DNA from: an uncultured Eubacteriales bacterium | GTDB taxonomy: Bacteria; Bacillota; Clostridia; Oscillospirales; CAG-272 | Reading direction: 5' to 3' | DNA: 64,000 nucleotides | Assembly (NCBI GenBank): GCA_900542425.1 | Contig: UQNQ01000002.1 | Location: forward strand, 44,843-108,842 | Shown: piece after piece, positions 12,001-21,777 of the stretch | Layout: each line of letters opens with the position of its first letter | How positions within the stretch are numbered: position 1 is the stretch's first letter | Position numbers and translations under genes: made by a program | The notes under the pieces: model-generated | What the model saw: only the letters and a program-made list of their open reading frames with translations | What the model was told of the DNA's origin: nothing | The model's database searches: none

Positions 12001-12717
12001 GTCGATATCATAAAGAGACAGCGCAATGTCCACTGCCATTTTCGCATCGCGGATTTCCAAATATTTTTTCGCTTTTTCCGACTCGCGTTCAAGCGGAGGA
12101 ACCCGCTCCCCGAGCACCCCGGCAATATCCTCAAGACGAACAAGATTATCACTGGTAGCCTCCAGCTTTTTTGCCGCCTCCGTTTTCTGATAGCGATATT
12201 TTGCAATTCCCGCCGCTTCCTCAAAAATCGCACGGCGCTCATCATTTTTCTGAGAAATAATTTCCGCGATTTTCCCCTGCCCGATAATGGAATAGCCATC
12301 TCTTCCAAGGCCGGTATTCAGGAACAGTTCATAAATATCCTTCAGGCGCACTGCCTTGTGGTTAATAAAATACTCGCTTTCTCCGACACGGTAATAGCGT
12401 CGTGTTACGGTAATTTCGTCATAATCCGCCATGGAGAGAATCTTTCCCTCCTCCTCGGTATTGTCAAACGTAACCGAAACCTCCGCGTATCCCATCGGGC
12501 TGCGTTTCTCTGAGCCGGCAAATACCACGTCTTCCATTTTACCGCCTCGGATGTTTTTAGAAGACATTTCGCCCAACACCCATCGCATTGCGTCGGAAAT
12601 ATTTGATTTTCCGCTTCCGTTGGGGCCCACAACAACGGTAATTCCCCGATCAAATGAAATGACCGTTTTGTCAGGAAACGATTTAAAGCCCTGGAGTTCA
12701 AGCGTTTTCAAACGCAT
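9094..12717 (-). CDS. smc: chromosome segregation protein SMC
   Basis: 1207 aa with N-terminal Walker A GPNGSGKSN, long coiled-coil arms, a hinge, and C-terminal LSGGE signature plus ILDE Walker B. Confidence 0.97.
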   Translation of the reverse strand: MRLKTLELQGFKSFPDKTVISFDRGITVVVGPNGSGKSNISDAMRWVLGEMSSKNIRGGKMEDVVFAGSEKRSPMGYAEVSVTFDNTEEEGKILSMADYDEITVTRRYYRVGESEYFINHKAVRLKDIYELFLNTGLGRDGYSIIGQGKIAEIISQKNDERRAIFEEAAGIAKYRYQKTEAAKKLEATSDNLVRLEDIAGVLGERVPPLERESEKAKKYLEIRDAKMAVDIALSLYDIDHAKAYADELSEKLVLSKAELDNTDELRADIERAEEAARADEMKNKMESEKLSARILELTGALHENESHVKLIENDAAHLRETIESAGGKISAAETSAESARAEYQRLTEELARVRDSHGEWARKSERAAASVRSCEEELAENERQRLGCETRISELRSAQTDAMVGLSVAAAQKETDLARMDELAENIRKHEEDIAMLDGRIRTAEEKIAGYAEKEEAVKARLDEIDAAKQKRESQASEAAERKNNLFLEMTQRKHKIQNLTRMEELLEGYSGAVRFVIHEHKAGKIRFSDGSPVKIYGPVSTLVTVPEPYSSALEVAFGQSLQNLVCEDEASAKTAISYLKKKNAGRATFYPVSTMHGNEISVAELPESARVGLISAASALVSCEEKFRGVIRSLLGRILVAQDMEAANQAARATNFRYRIVTLDGQVINAGGSFTGGSLSAEGRMLSRRAQIERLGEEVKAFEKQLANEENVIRSLAAESEKAEKDARTVLSSASVLKTMHEAEMTQLTVLRSNRQAQEDSLQLLCGELDAIRSKTSRAETDIEGIAQKKTKFTQELEQSEKILSELAKERLSVAERMEAAKSELSGISVELAKEDANLGMLSQMCDAAAKRVSEAEAFIAELHESTANAEEKMKKGAEQTAELQNASIDLQAQLQACEQKKTALSDSSMEIEKKLSELRVKSRDIIDKRDLLYRTHTRLESEYESVKDRQDKLVAFLWDEYELTYSEAGKRCADKLTDKTRAAAVSEQTKYKNQLRALGNVNVNAIEEYKEVKKQFDELTEQITDLKTSREDLTNIISALEETMRNDFLTTFEEIAVTFGKVFSELFGGGRAELRLSDPENVLESGVDINVAPPGKVIKNMSLLSGGEQAFVAIALYFAILKVNPAPFCILDEIEAALDEVNVDKFADYVKKYSDKTQFVIITHRRGTMEAAERLYGVTMHEKGISDVISIDMSEIEQKLGVKLQ

Positions 12718-12970
12718 AATTCTGTAACCGTGCCCTTCCTGCGCAAAGCGGCAAATGCCGCCGCGTCCAATCTATCAATATAAAGTCTCTACGGATAGTA
12801 TCTGTCGTCCGAGGCCCATATCATAAATACCCGGAAGCGTCCATTCCGAAGAGAAAAAGCATATGTCTTGAAATCGTTTATCATCATTGGGTCCGCAAAT
12901 CCTCCGCTGATAATAGAAAACGCATCTCGGTATCAAAGCAAAGAGAAAAAAAGAGATACCACAATGCCTT

Positions 12971-13690
12971 TCATTCAACGATATAATTTTTTAACGCGTC
13001 CTCAGCCGCGGCGATTTCTGCTTTCTTCTTGCTTGAGCCCTCGCCCCGTCCCATCACGTTGTTGTCAATTTTTACCTCGCAAACATACCGTTTATCATGA
13101 TCAGGTCCGCTTTCAGACACAATCTCATATTCCAGCATACCCCGCGCCTCCTGAACGATCTCCTGCAAATGAGACTTTGGATCGATAATCGGATGCTCGG
13201 AAAGGATTTTCCGAATCTCATTTCCCATCCGCGGAATTAAAAATGTGTTTACTCTTTCAAGATTTCTTCCGGAATCAAGATAAATGGCAGCCACTAAAGC
13301 CTCAAAGGCATCCTCTAAAATTTTATCCTGATTCCGTCCGTTAAGCGCCTCCTGTCCGTTGCCGAGGTAAAGATAATCCCCAAGCCCGATTTCTCTCGCA
13401 AAGCCGGCAAGAGAACGCGTACAAACAATATCCGCACGGATTTTGGTCAGATCTCCCTCCGGATGACCGGAAAAATAATCAAACAAAAAGCCGCTTGCCA
13501 CAACGGACAACACGGAATCCCCTAAAAATTCCAGCCTCTCGTTGGAATCCATCCCGTACTGTCTGTTTTCATTTGCCCAAGAAGAATGACGCAAAGCCTC
13601 ATTTAAATATTCTTTATTCCGGAATTCATAACCGACCGCCTTCTCCAAAAAGCAGCTGTTCCGAGGCAGTCCGGCGTTTTTATCTGCCAT
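12971..13690 (-). CDS. rnc: ribonuclease III
   Basis: RNase III signature ERLEFLGDSVL and a C-terminal dsRBD. The start is uncertain (Met at 13690 or 13726). The rest of the 292-aa ORF overlaps the plsX 3' end and is probably not translated. Confidence 0.9.
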   Translation of the reverse strand: MADKNAGLPRNSCFLEKAVGYEFRNKEYLNEALRHSSWANENRQYGMDSNERLEFLGDSVLSVVASGFLFDYFSGHPEGDLTKIRADIVCTRSLAGFAREIGLGDYLYLGNGQEALNGRNQDKILEDAFEALVAAIYLDSGRNLERVNTFLIPRMGNEIRKILSEHPIIDPKSHLQEIVQEARGMLEYEIVSESGPDHDKRYVCEVKIDNNVMGRGEGSSKKKAEIAAAEDALKNYIVE

Positions 13691-13718
13691 ATGCGCACCG
13701 CCTTTCTCTACTTTTTGC

Positions 13719-14747
13719 TTATTCATGTTCTTTTCCGCCATCTGCCGCAGGAACCGTAAAATCCGCTGCCTGCCGTTCAATTTCCTCAATGACGCCGGTT
13801 CCGGCATAAGCGATCGCCTGACGCACCGCATTTTTAATCGCATTTGCATCTGAGCTTCCGTGCGCTTTGATTACCGGCTTTGACAATCCCAAGAACGGTG
13901 CCCCTCCGTATTCCCGCGGGTCAAAAAACTTTTTCATTTTTCTTGCCTTTCCGTGCACTAACGCTCCGGAAAGCATGCTGATTGTGCCAGAATGAAACAT
14001 CTCCTGCACCTTTTCCATCAGGAAACGGCAAAGTCCCTCGCTTGTTTTCAGTATAATATTCCCGGTAAAGCCGTCACACACAAGCACATCGCACTTTCCG
14101 TATGGGAAATCTTTTCCTTCCATATTTCCCACAAAACGGATACCTTTCATTTCCTTCAAGAGATGATAAGCTTCTATATACAGCGGCGTCCCCTTGTGCT
14201 CTTCTGTACCGTTATTGACAAGTCCCACGCGAGGGCTTGCCACATTGCAGACTTTTTCCATATAAACAGAGCCAAGACAGGCAAATTGCGCAAGATAGTC
14301 AGCAGTCACCGTGACATTTGCACCGCAGTCAAGCAGCATAACAGGATTTACAAACGGAAGAATCGTGCCGAGCGCCGCACGACGGATGCCATGAATTCTT
14401 CTTACGATAAGCGTTGCCCCTGTGAAATACGCACCCGTATTTCCGGCCGAAACGGCAACGTCCCCCTCTCCGTCAGCGACAAGCCGCAGCGTTTTCGCCA
14501 TGGAGGAATCTTTATGCGTCTGAAAAATACTCATCGGGCTGTCTTCCATCGTAATCACATCGTCCGAATGAACGATTTCAAATGTTCCCGAAGGAATCTC
14601 CTGCGCAGCGAGCGCTTCCCGAATGATCCGCTCGTTCCCAACGAGAACAATATCCGCTTCTTCATATTCTTTTTTAGCAAGTACGGCACCCCGAATCAAT
14701 TCCTCTGCCGGTTTGTCCGCACCCATGACATCGAGTACGATTTTCAT
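13719..14747 (-). CDS. plsX: phosphate acyltransferase PlsX
   Basis: Full-length PlsX-like sequence, with the start taken at MKIVLDVMGAD. Confidence 0.93.
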   Translation of the reverse strand: MKIVLDVMGADKPAEELIRGAVLAKKEYEEADIVLVGNERIIREALAAQEIPSGTFEIVHSDDVITMEDSPMSIFQTHKDSSMAKTLRLVADGEGDVAVSAGNTGAYFTGATLIVRRIHGIRRAALGTILPFVNPVMLLDCGANVTVTADYLAQFACLGSVYMEKVCNVASPRVGLVNNGTEEHKGTPLYIEAYHLLKEMKGIRFVGNMEGKDFPYGKCDVLVCDGFTGNIILKTSEGLCRFLMEKVQEMFHSGTISMLSGALVHGKARKMKKFFDPREYGGAPFLGLSKPVIKAHGSSDANAIKNAVRQAIAYAGTGVIEEIERQAADFTVPAADGGKEHE

Positions 14748-14859
14748 AAAAACCTCCCAAAGCTCCGCGATAATCGGCATAACGAGGGCAAATCAAATGG
14801 ATTGCCGTGTTTTTTATGCGTTTTCGCAAAGCGCGCTGCTTTCTTCTTACATATATGTT

Positions 14860-14888
14860 ATTATATCTCTTTTGCCGCAATTTTTCAA
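14860..14888 (-). promoter_or_regulatory. candidate sigma-A promoter for plsX-rnc-smc-ftsY
   Basis: The minus strand reads TTGAAA, a 17-nt spacer, then TATAAT, about 110 nt upstream of the plsX start. Confidence 0.4.
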
Positions 14889-15045
14889 TATCTATCGAAG
14901 AAAAACGGATACAAAATCCAAAAATTAAAAATTTATCCCGGATTTCTTTGTTTGCTTCCCTATTTTCATAAAACAAAACCGTCGTTTATTTGAATTTTTA
15001 AATCAATATCCTCCGCCTATCGGCGGAGGATATTTGTGATACTCT

Positions 15046-17313
15046 TTATGACTTTTCTTTTGTTTCCGGCGTATCTTCTTTGTAGGAGCATTCCTTGTTC
15101 ATGCAATACAGATAGCCCTTTCCTTTTTTAATAAGGAGTCTGCTGCCGCAAACCGGGCAAGTCTTTTCTGTCGGCTGATCCCAAACGGAAAAGTCGCATT
15201 TCGGATAATGGGAGCAGCTGTAAAATACCGCATGATTTTTTCCGAAACCGCGCACGACAGGCGCGCCGCATTTCGGACATGAAACCCCGATCTCTTCCCG
15301 AATGGGTTTCGTATACTTGCATTTTGGGAAATTGCTGCAAGCATAAAACTTTCCGTATCTGCTCTTGCGGATCACAATATCTCCACCGCAAAGCTCACAT
15401 TTGAGATCGGTTTTTTCCGGCTCCTCTTTCTCTTTCTTGACTGCGCCCGAGGCATCAAGAGGCTTTGTGTTCTTGCATTCCGGATATCCCGGACATGCGG
15501 CAAATTTGCCGAACCTACCGGTTTTGATTACCATTCTCCTGCCGCATTTTTCACAGATGATATCGGACTGCTCGACAGGCAGTTCTACCTTGTTTTCTCC
15601 GATGTGCTCGTGCGCACGCTCTAATGTTTTTTCAAAATCTCCGTAGAAATCTCCCAGTACATGTTCAAGCGTATTATCTCCGTGCGCAATTTCATCAAGC
15701 TCGGTTTCCATATTAGCAGTAAATTTATAATCGACGATTTCAGGGAAATTTTTCTTCATCAGCTCAACGGTCGCTTTCCCGAGCGGTGTTGCGAGCAGCA
15801 GCTTTTTATCCCTTTCGATATATCCTCTTTCAAGGATTGTCGTAATCGTCGGCGCATAAGTGCTTGGCCTGCCGATTCCTTTTTCCTTTAACAGTTTAAT
15901 CAAAGACGCTTCGTCAAAATGGGCAGGCGGCTCCGTAAAATTCTGAATCGGGGTGATTTTCTCACAAGCTAACGTATCGCCTTCTGTAATTCCGCGAAGT
16001 TTTGAACTCTTGTCACCGGTATCCTCATCCTCTGAATATGCCATACGGAATCCTTTGAACACAAGAACACTCTCGCTCATTTTATACCGGTACCCGGCGC
16101 AGTCAAGCTCCACATCGGCAGCATCATATTCCGCGTTTTTCATTTGACTTGCCACAAACCGATCCCAAATCAGCTTATAAAGTTTATATTGATCCGGCGT
16201 CAGAAATGAACGGATTTCGTCCGGAACAAACTCCATGCTCACGGGACGAATCGCCTCATGCGCGTCCTGTGAGGCCGCTTTTGATTTATATATCTTTCTC
16301 TTGGACGGATAATAGTCCGCTCCGAACCGCTCTTTGATAAAACGCTCCGCGGCAGCGGCGGCCTCCTCGGAAATACGGAGAGAATCGGTTCTCATATACG
16401 TGATGACACCGTGTACGCCTCCGTGCTCCGCGCCGAGATTCACGCCCTCGTAAAGCTCTTGTGCAACCTTCATCGTACGCTTGGAATGGAAGCCAAAACG
16501 CTTGGAGGCAGCTTGCTGAAGCGTTGAAGTTTCAAACGGAGGCTCCGGACTTTTGGATTTTTTGGATTTCTTGGCAGCAATCACCGTGAAATCGTTTCCA
16601 TCGCAGGCGGAAACGATTTTTTCCGCCTCCTCTGCGTTTGAAAGCTCAATTTTTCCGTTCGCATCCCCAAAGAATTTTGCTTTTCCTTTCTGGTTTTTCC
16701 CCAGCTTTAAAGTTGCTTCAATCGTCCAAAATTCTACTGGAACAAATTTTTCGATCTCCGCTTCCCGCTCCACGATCATACGGGTCGCAACCGATTGAAC
16801 CCTGCCCGCGGAAAGACCGCTTTTTACCGTTTTCCAAAGATAAGGACTCAGTTTATAGCCGACAATCCGATCAAGGATTCGGCGTGCCTGCTGAGAATTG
16901 ACAAGATTCATATCAATCGCGCGAGGATGTTCAATCTCTTTTTGGATGGTATTTTTTGTGATCTCATTGAACGCCACGCGATTCGCATCCTCGGGCGCAA
17001 TCCCGAGAACCGTCGCAAGATGCCAGGAAATTGCCTCTCCCTCTCTGTCAGGGTCTGTTGCAAGATAAATTTTATCCGCATTTTTCGCTTCCTTTTTCAT
17101 TTCGGAAATCAAGGCGCTTTTCCCTTGTATGTTGATATATTTCGCTTTGAACTGATGTTCGATATCGACGCCAAGTGTGCTTTTCGGGAGATCTCTGACA
17201 TGCCCTTTCGAGGCAATGACCTTATAGCCGCTGCCGAGATAGGAGTTAATAGTAGCGGCTTTCGCCGGAGACTCGACAATGACCAAATTCACATGTTTTT
17301 TGTTTTCTTGCAT
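15046..17313 (-). CDS. topA: DNA topoisomerase I
   Basis: 755 aa with a Toprim N-terminus (LVIVESPAKA), a type IA core, and several C-terminal CxxC...CxxC zinc ribbons. Confidence 0.97.
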   Translation of the reverse strand: MQENKKHVNLVIVESPAKAATINSYLGSGYKVIASKGHVRDLPKSTLGVDIEHQFKAKYINIQGKSALISEMKKEAKNADKIYLATDPDREGEAISWHLATVLGIAPEDANRVAFNEITKNTIQKEIEHPRAIDMNLVNSQQARRILDRIVGYKLSPYLWKTVKSGLSAGRVQSVATRMIVEREAEIEKFVPVEFWTIEATLKLGKNQKGKAKFFGDANGKIELSNAEEAEKIVSACDGNDFTVIAAKKSKKSKSPEPPFETSTLQQAASKRFGFHSKRTMKVAQELYEGVNLGAEHGGVHGVITYMRTDSLRISEEAAAAAERFIKERFGADYYPSKRKIYKSKAASQDAHEAIRPVSMEFVPDEIRSFLTPDQYKLYKLIWDRFVASQMKNAEYDAADVELDCAGYRYKMSESVLVFKGFRMAYSEDEDTGDKSSKLRGITEGDTLACEKITPIQNFTEPPAHFDEASLIKLLKEKGIGRPSTYAPTITTILERGYIERDKKLLLATPLGKATVELMKKNFPEIVDYKFTANMETELDEIAHGDNTLEHVLGDFYGDFEKTLERAHEHIGENKVELPVEQSDIICEKCGRRMVIKTGRFGKFAACPGYPECKNTKPLDASGAVKKEKEEPEKTDLKCELCGGDIVIRKSRYGKFYACSNFPKCKYTKPIREEIGVSCPKCGAPVVRGFGKNHAVFYSCSHYPKCDFSVWDQPTEKTCPVCGSRLLIKKGKGYLYCMNKECSYKEDTPETKEKS

Positions 17314-17388
17314 CGTGAAACGTTCTCCTTAAAAAATGATAAGCAATCGATATTATATACCGCAACCTCGGAACTTGTCAATATAGAA

Positions 17389-18636
17389 TTACAGGGGGCG
17401 GTAGCTCCCGCCTGGCTCCGCTTCAAGAAAGCCTCCGATTTCCAGCATAGTAAGCGCGCCGAGAAGCTGTCCTGTGTCACACGATACGCCCGTTTTTTTG
17501 CTGACCACCGCTGCAATCTCTTCCACCGACATCGTTTCCGTAATACAGGAAAGCACATCGCTTTCCCATTTGTCAAGCTTATCCGTATCCGGACGGCGTT
17601 TCCGCGGTATGAATTTTATAGGCTCCGGTGCGGTCCCATTCCGTTCCGCCCGAGGAGAGAATCCTCTCCGTTCCGTGTGCAGCGCAGGAGATTCCGCCGT
17701 CCAGGCTTTTTTGCTCCGGGAAAATCCCGAGGAGGGGATCTTTTCGGTGAATATTCTATGCGGATATAAGAGCTCATATTCATTCAATATATCCGCGGCA
17801 CAAGTGACAAGTTTCGCACCTTCCCGAATCAGCGTATTGGTTCCTTCCGAACGCCGGTCTTCCGGATTTCCCGGAAACGCGAATAAATCGCGTCCCTGCA
17901 TTCTGGCGGCTCTCGCAGTGATAAGGGAACCGCTGTACAAGTCCGCTTCCACCACGACAGTTCCCTGACATAAGCCCGAGATGATGCGGTTGCGCACCGG
18001 AAAATGTTTCCCGGCGGGATCCGAACCCGGCGCATATTCCGTTATTAAGGTGCCGTGCTCGGCAATTTCTTCCATAAGTTCCCGATTTTCCGGCGGATAA
18101 ACTCTGTCAATTCCGCATCCAAGCACCGCAATCGTGTGTCCTCCTGCGGAAAGCGCACCGCGCTGCGCGCAGGCGTCAATGCCAAGTGCCATACCGGATA
18201 CTACGACAGCCCCCGCACAGGCAAGTTCTCTTCCGAGACGTTCCGCGTTCACAGCGCCGCTTTTGCTGCATTTTCGTGTTCCGACACAGGCGATCATCAC
18301 ATGATCATCTATATCCGGTATGCGTCCTCTGTAATATAAAAGAAGCGGTTTTGCGTGAATACTCCGTAATCTTTCCGGATAAACCGAACTCGAAAGGGTC
18401 ATGATGCCGACATTAACCCGCTCACAATATTCAAGAATCCGCATGGAGAGCGAAAGATCTCTGTCAAGCAGTACCGCCATGATATTGTTGTCTATTCCGT
18501 CCACCGCCGAGAGCGCCGATGGGTCCGCCTCATAAATCTCCTTCGGAGACGCAAAATGTTTCAAAAGATAGGAGCCAAGTTCACTTCCCGCCCCGCATCG
18601 CAGGGAAAGCCATATCCAATAGACCAAATGTTCCAT
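17389..18636 (-). CDS. dprA: DNA-processing protein DprA/Smf
   Basis: DprA Rossmann-like core (GMALGIDA, GTVVVEA) and a C-terminal winged-helix-like tail. It lies upstream of topA, as in many Firmicutes. The start is taken at MEHLVYW. Confidence 0.9.
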   Translation of the reverse strand: MEHLVYWIWLSLRCGAGSELGSYLLKHFASPKEIYEADPSALSAVDGIDNNIMAVLLDRDLSLSMRILEYCERVNVGIMTLSSSVYPERLRSIHAKPLLLYYRGRIPDIDDHVMIACVGTRKCSKSGAVNAERLGRELACAGAVVVSGMALGIDACAQRGALSAGGHTIAVLGCGIDRVYPPENRELMEEIAEHGTLITEYAPGSDPAGKHFPVRNRIISGLCQGTVVVEADLYSGSLITARAARMQGRDLFAFPGNPEDRRSEGTNTLIREGAKLVTCAADILNEYELLYPHRIFTEKIPSSGFSRSKKAWTAESPALHTERRGFSPRAERNGTAPEPIKFIPRKRRPDTDKLDKWESDVLSCITETMSVEEIAAVVSKKTGVSCDTGQLLGALTMLEIGGFLEAEPGGSYRPL

Positions 18637-18859
18637 GGTAAACCTCCGAACCGTCTTCACCGGACTCTGAAAGAAACACAGTTATGACGGTGAATTTTGC
18701 TTTTCCTAACTTTGCTTTTCCTGATTTTCTTATAGCATGACAATCGCCGATATGATATAGTATCAAAAACTTTGCCCCTTCGACAAAGCCATATACCCCG
18801 TATTGTTTGTTCTCTCAAGAAATGTATTTTCCCCGCAGGTTCTTCCCTGCATGGTGAGG

Positions 18860-19510
18860 CTATATCAGCAATGCTTCCAGAGCATTTACCGTTTCCGCAA
18901 GATATGTGACACCTGCACATTGAAGCTCATCCCGAGTCCCATATCCATACAGAACACCGATAGAATCGATTCCAACCTCTTTCGCGCCTTCCGCGTCATG
19001 CCGTCTGTCGCCAACCATCACAGCATCCGAATTCGCGGGAATTCCTGTTACCGAAAGCGCATATCGGATAACATCCGCTTTTTTTGTCCGGGTTTCCTCA
19101 AGCGTACTGCCGGCAATATAGGTAAAAAAACCGGCAAGTCCGAAATGTTCCAGAATCCGAACGGCATACGGTTCCGGTTTCGAGGTTGCCACAAGCAATG
19201 TTTTTCCCCCGGTACGCAGCCGTTCAAGCAAATGTTCGATGCCGTCATACAGAACATTTTCAAAAATTCCTGTATTTCCGAAATACTCACGATAATACCG
19301 GAGAGCTTTTCGCGAATCGGATGCATTCAAAGAAAAATCCCGCTCAAAGGTTTCCAGCAAGGGCGGACCGATAAAGCGCGTCAGTGTTTTTTTATCCGGA
19401 ACAGGCAGGTGCATGTTTTCCAGCGCATAGACAAAGGACGCGGTAATCCCTTCCGCCGGATCGGTGAGTGTCCCGTCCAAATCAAATAAAATCGTTTGGT
19501 ATTGCTTCAT
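18860..19510 (-). CDS. HAD-IA hydrolase (phosphoglycolate phosphatase-like)
   Basis: The LFDLDGTLTD motif and later HAD motifs (VGDRRHD). The start is taken at MKQYQTILFD. Confidence 0.8.
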   Translation of the reverse strand: MKQYQTILFDLDGTLTDPAEGITASFVYALENMHLPVPDKKTLTRFIGPPLLETFERDFSLNASDSRKALRYYREYFGNTGIFENVLYDGIEHLLERLRTGGKTLLVATSKPEPYAVRILEHFGLAGFFTYIAGSTLEETRTKKADVIRYALSVTGIPANSDAVMVGDRRHDAEGAKEVGIDSIGVLYGYGTRDELQCAGVTYLAETVNALEALLI

Positions 19511-20310
19511 CTCTGCCCACCGGAATTTTGAATATTCATTCTCCCGCGCGCCGCTTCCCACAGCACGATACCGGATGCCACCGCTGCATTAAGCGACTGC
19601 GGTCCCTTGCGCATCGGAATGATAACACACCCGGAACATGCCGCAAGCACGGAATCGGATATTCCATGTCCTTCGTTTCCGATAACAAAGCCGATTTTCC
19701 CGGAAAAATCCGCATGACGGATATCCTCAGCCTGCTCATCAAGCGCCGTCGCATAAATACGAAACCCATCTTCTCTCAAACGGAGGATGCGCTGCACAAG
19801 GTCCTCTTCTGCCCGCACATTGACACGGAAAAGAGAACCCATGCATGCCCGCACGACCTTGGGATGATAGAGATCGGCAGCGCCGCCTCCGGTATATACA
19901 GTATCAACGCCAAATGCGTCCGCCGAGCGCAGAACGGCGCCAAAGTTTCCGGGGTCCGAGACGCCGTCAAGCAGAAGCACAAAGGAGCCGTCCCCCTTTT
20001 CTTCATGCTGCATCATCTCCGCCACACAGAAAATGCCCTGCGGCGCCATTTCAAAAGAAAGCTTTTCATACACCGACTCGGAAACAAGGGACAGCTTGTC
20101 TTCTCCTACCTTCACAAGAAGACTTTCATATCGCCGGTATGCTTTTTCCGTCGCAAAAACCCGGACAAAACGGATACCGGCCAAAATTGCATCGTTTAGA
20201 AGCTTTTCGCCTTCAAAGGCAAATGTATGTGTCGCCTGCCGGTATTTTTTATCCCCAAGCTTTGACGCGGCGACAATCGCTGGATTTTGTCTGCTTGTAA
20301 TGATTTCCAT
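19507..20310 (-). CDS. TrmH/SpoU family RNA 2'-O-methyltransferase
   Basis: SpoU methylase C-terminal motifs (GNEGHGIS, SLNAAVA) with an N-terminal substrate-binding domain. Confidence 0.85.
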   Translation of the reverse strand: MEIITSRQNPAIVAASKLGDKKYRQATHTFAFEGEKLLNDAILAGIRFVRVFATEKAYRRYESLLVKVGEDKLSLVSESVYEKLSFEMAPQGIFCVAEMMQHEEKGDGSFVLLLDGVSDPGNFGAVLRSADAFGVDTVYTGGGAADLYHPKVVRACMGSLFRVNVRAEEDLVQRILRLREDGFRIYATALDEQAEDIRHADFSGKIGFVIGNEGHGISDSVLAACSGCVIIPMRKGPQSLNAAVASGIVLWEAARGRMNIQNSGGQR

Positions 20311-20390
20311 AAAACTCCTTCTCTATAAGAAGCTCATTTTCTTTTATGGGAGATATGGCTTCTTTCCCAGAAAGAAACATCCTCTAATGC

Positions 20391-20420
20391 AAAAACCAAA
20401 GCGACAAACGCTTTGGTTTT
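20391..20420 (-). terminator. intrinsic terminator after rplT
   Basis: Stem AAACCAAAGCG / CGCTTTGGTTT with a 5-nt loop and a T-run on the minus strand, 16 nt after the rplT stop. Confidence 0.8.
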
Positions 20421-20435
20421 CAGCCATTCTGATAA

Positions 20436-20789
20436 TTAAAGTGCCGCTTTTGCGGTTTCGCACAGAGATGCGAACGCTTCCTTATCGGAAACGGCAAGCT
20501 CTGCGAGCATTTTACGGTTCAGTGCAATCCCCGCTTTTTTCAGTCCGCACATCAGTCGTGAATAATTGATGCCGTTAACCTTTGCCTGTGCGGAGATTCT
20601 CGTAATCCAAAGAGAACGGAAATCTCTTTTTTTCTGCTTACGGCCAATGAAAGCATAATTACCGCTTTTCATCACCGCCTGTTTTGCCATTTTGAAATGC
20701 TTACTCTTGGCACCCCAATAGCCTTTCGCAAGCTTCAGGGTTTTATTTCTTCTTTTGCGCGTCATGACAGCGCCTTTTACTCTTGCCAT
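20436..20789 (-). CDS. rplT: 50S ribosomal protein bL20
   Basis: 117 aa starting [28 protein letters not shown], a canonical L20 sequence. Confidence 0.97.
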   Translation of the reverse strand: MARVKGAVMTRKRRNKTLKLAKGYWGAKSKHFKMAKQAVMKSGNYAFIGRKQKKRDFRSLWITRISAQAKVNGINYSRLMCGLKKAGIALNRKMLAELAVSDKEAFASLCETAKAAL

Positions 20790-20821
20790 CTTCTTTTTTC
20801 TCCTCTCTCAGATTACCGTGA

Positions 20822-21019
20822 TTATTTGTTGGGAATGAGAGTCTTTACGGTAGACTCGAACGATTTGCTCAGATATGCATTACGGCGAAGCTGTCTCTTG
20901 CGCTTCGGCGTTTTGATTCCGAGTTTGTGACGGCGGTTCGAGCTGTTCATTTTTACTTTTCCGGTCTTTGTGATCGAAAATCTTTTGGCTGTTGCCTTAT
21001 GTGTCTTGATTTTTCCCAT
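20822..21019 (-). CDS. rpmI: 50S ribosomal protein bL35
   Basis: MGKIKTHKATAKRFSITKTGKVK opening. The start is taken at the internal Met. Confidence 0.95.
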   Translation of the reverse strand: MGKIKTHKATAKRFSITKTGKVKMNSSNRRHKLGIKTPKRKRQLRRNAYLSKSFESTVKTLIPNK

Positions 21020-21075
21020 GACTGTATTCATCCTTTCAAACTAATTTCAGAAACCGCGGATGTTCCGCACAGATA

Positions 21076-21600
21076 TTACTGCTTGACGGGCGATAAGAAC
21101 AATGTGAGGTTGCGTCCCTCAAGAACAGGCTTCTTGTCGATCTGCGCATATTCGGATGCCGCTTCGGCAAAACGCATAATAACCTCCATACCAAGCTCCG
21201 TATGGCGCATTTCACGTCCCTTGAATCTTACGCACACCTTGACCTTGTTGCCATCTTTGAGAAAGCGGAAGGCATGGTTCAGTTTGGTTTGAAAATCATG
21301 CGCTCCTATGCTGCAAGAAAGCTGGATTTCCTTGATCTCAACAGTTTGCTGCTTTTTTTTCGCTTCTTTCTCACGCTTATCCTGTTCAAATCGGAATTTT
21401 CCGTAGTCCATAATCCGGCATACAGGCGGTGTCGCCTGCGGCGCGATCATCACAAGATCGAGTCCTTTTTCAATCGACAGATTCTGGGCAGTGTCAATCG
21501 CTACAACGCCGATCTGTTCTCCATCCTCTCCGACAAGCCTCACCTGCGGTACGGTAATTTCCTCATTGATTAAATGTTCTTTTTTGCTGATATGCGGCAC
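21076..21600 (-). CDS. infC: translation initiation factor IF-3
   Basis: IF3 N- and C-domains (INEEITVPQVRLVGEDGEQ...). The ORF-track start is a GTG fused to the GGAGG box. An in-frame ATC at 21591..21589, 8 nt after GGAGG, is a more plausible non-AUG start. Confidence 0.95.
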   Translation of the reverse strand: MPHISKKEHLINEEITVPQVRLVGEDGEQIGVVAIDTAQNLSIEKGLDLVMIAPQATPPVCRIMDYGKFRFEQDKREKEAKKKQQTVEIKEIQLSCSIGAHDFQTKLNHAFRFLKDGNKVKVCVRFKGREMRHTELGMEVIMRFAEAASEYAQIDKKPVLEGRNLTLFLSPVKQ

Positions 21601-21777
21601 CTCCAGTAAACTGAATTTGAAATAAAAAAACGGAAAACCGAATCCGATTCTCCGTTATCCTACGAGACCAACTACACGCTACACAAAAGCTGCACAGACA
21701 TGTATGAACGTATTAACCCGGGCACACTGCGCCGCAAGGTGAGAACGGAGAACGTTCTTCTTTGTTTTGCAAAGGAT
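21601..21777 (-). promoter_or_regulatory. infC-rpmI-rplT leader with attenuator terminator (L20-leader type)
   Basis: A leader of about 170 nt lies between a sigma-A promoter and the infC RBS. It ends in a minus-strand-specific hairpin at 21624..21656 (11-bp stem including 2 G-U pairs, GAUU loop) followed by U7, only about 20 nt before the RBS. Confidence 0.55.
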
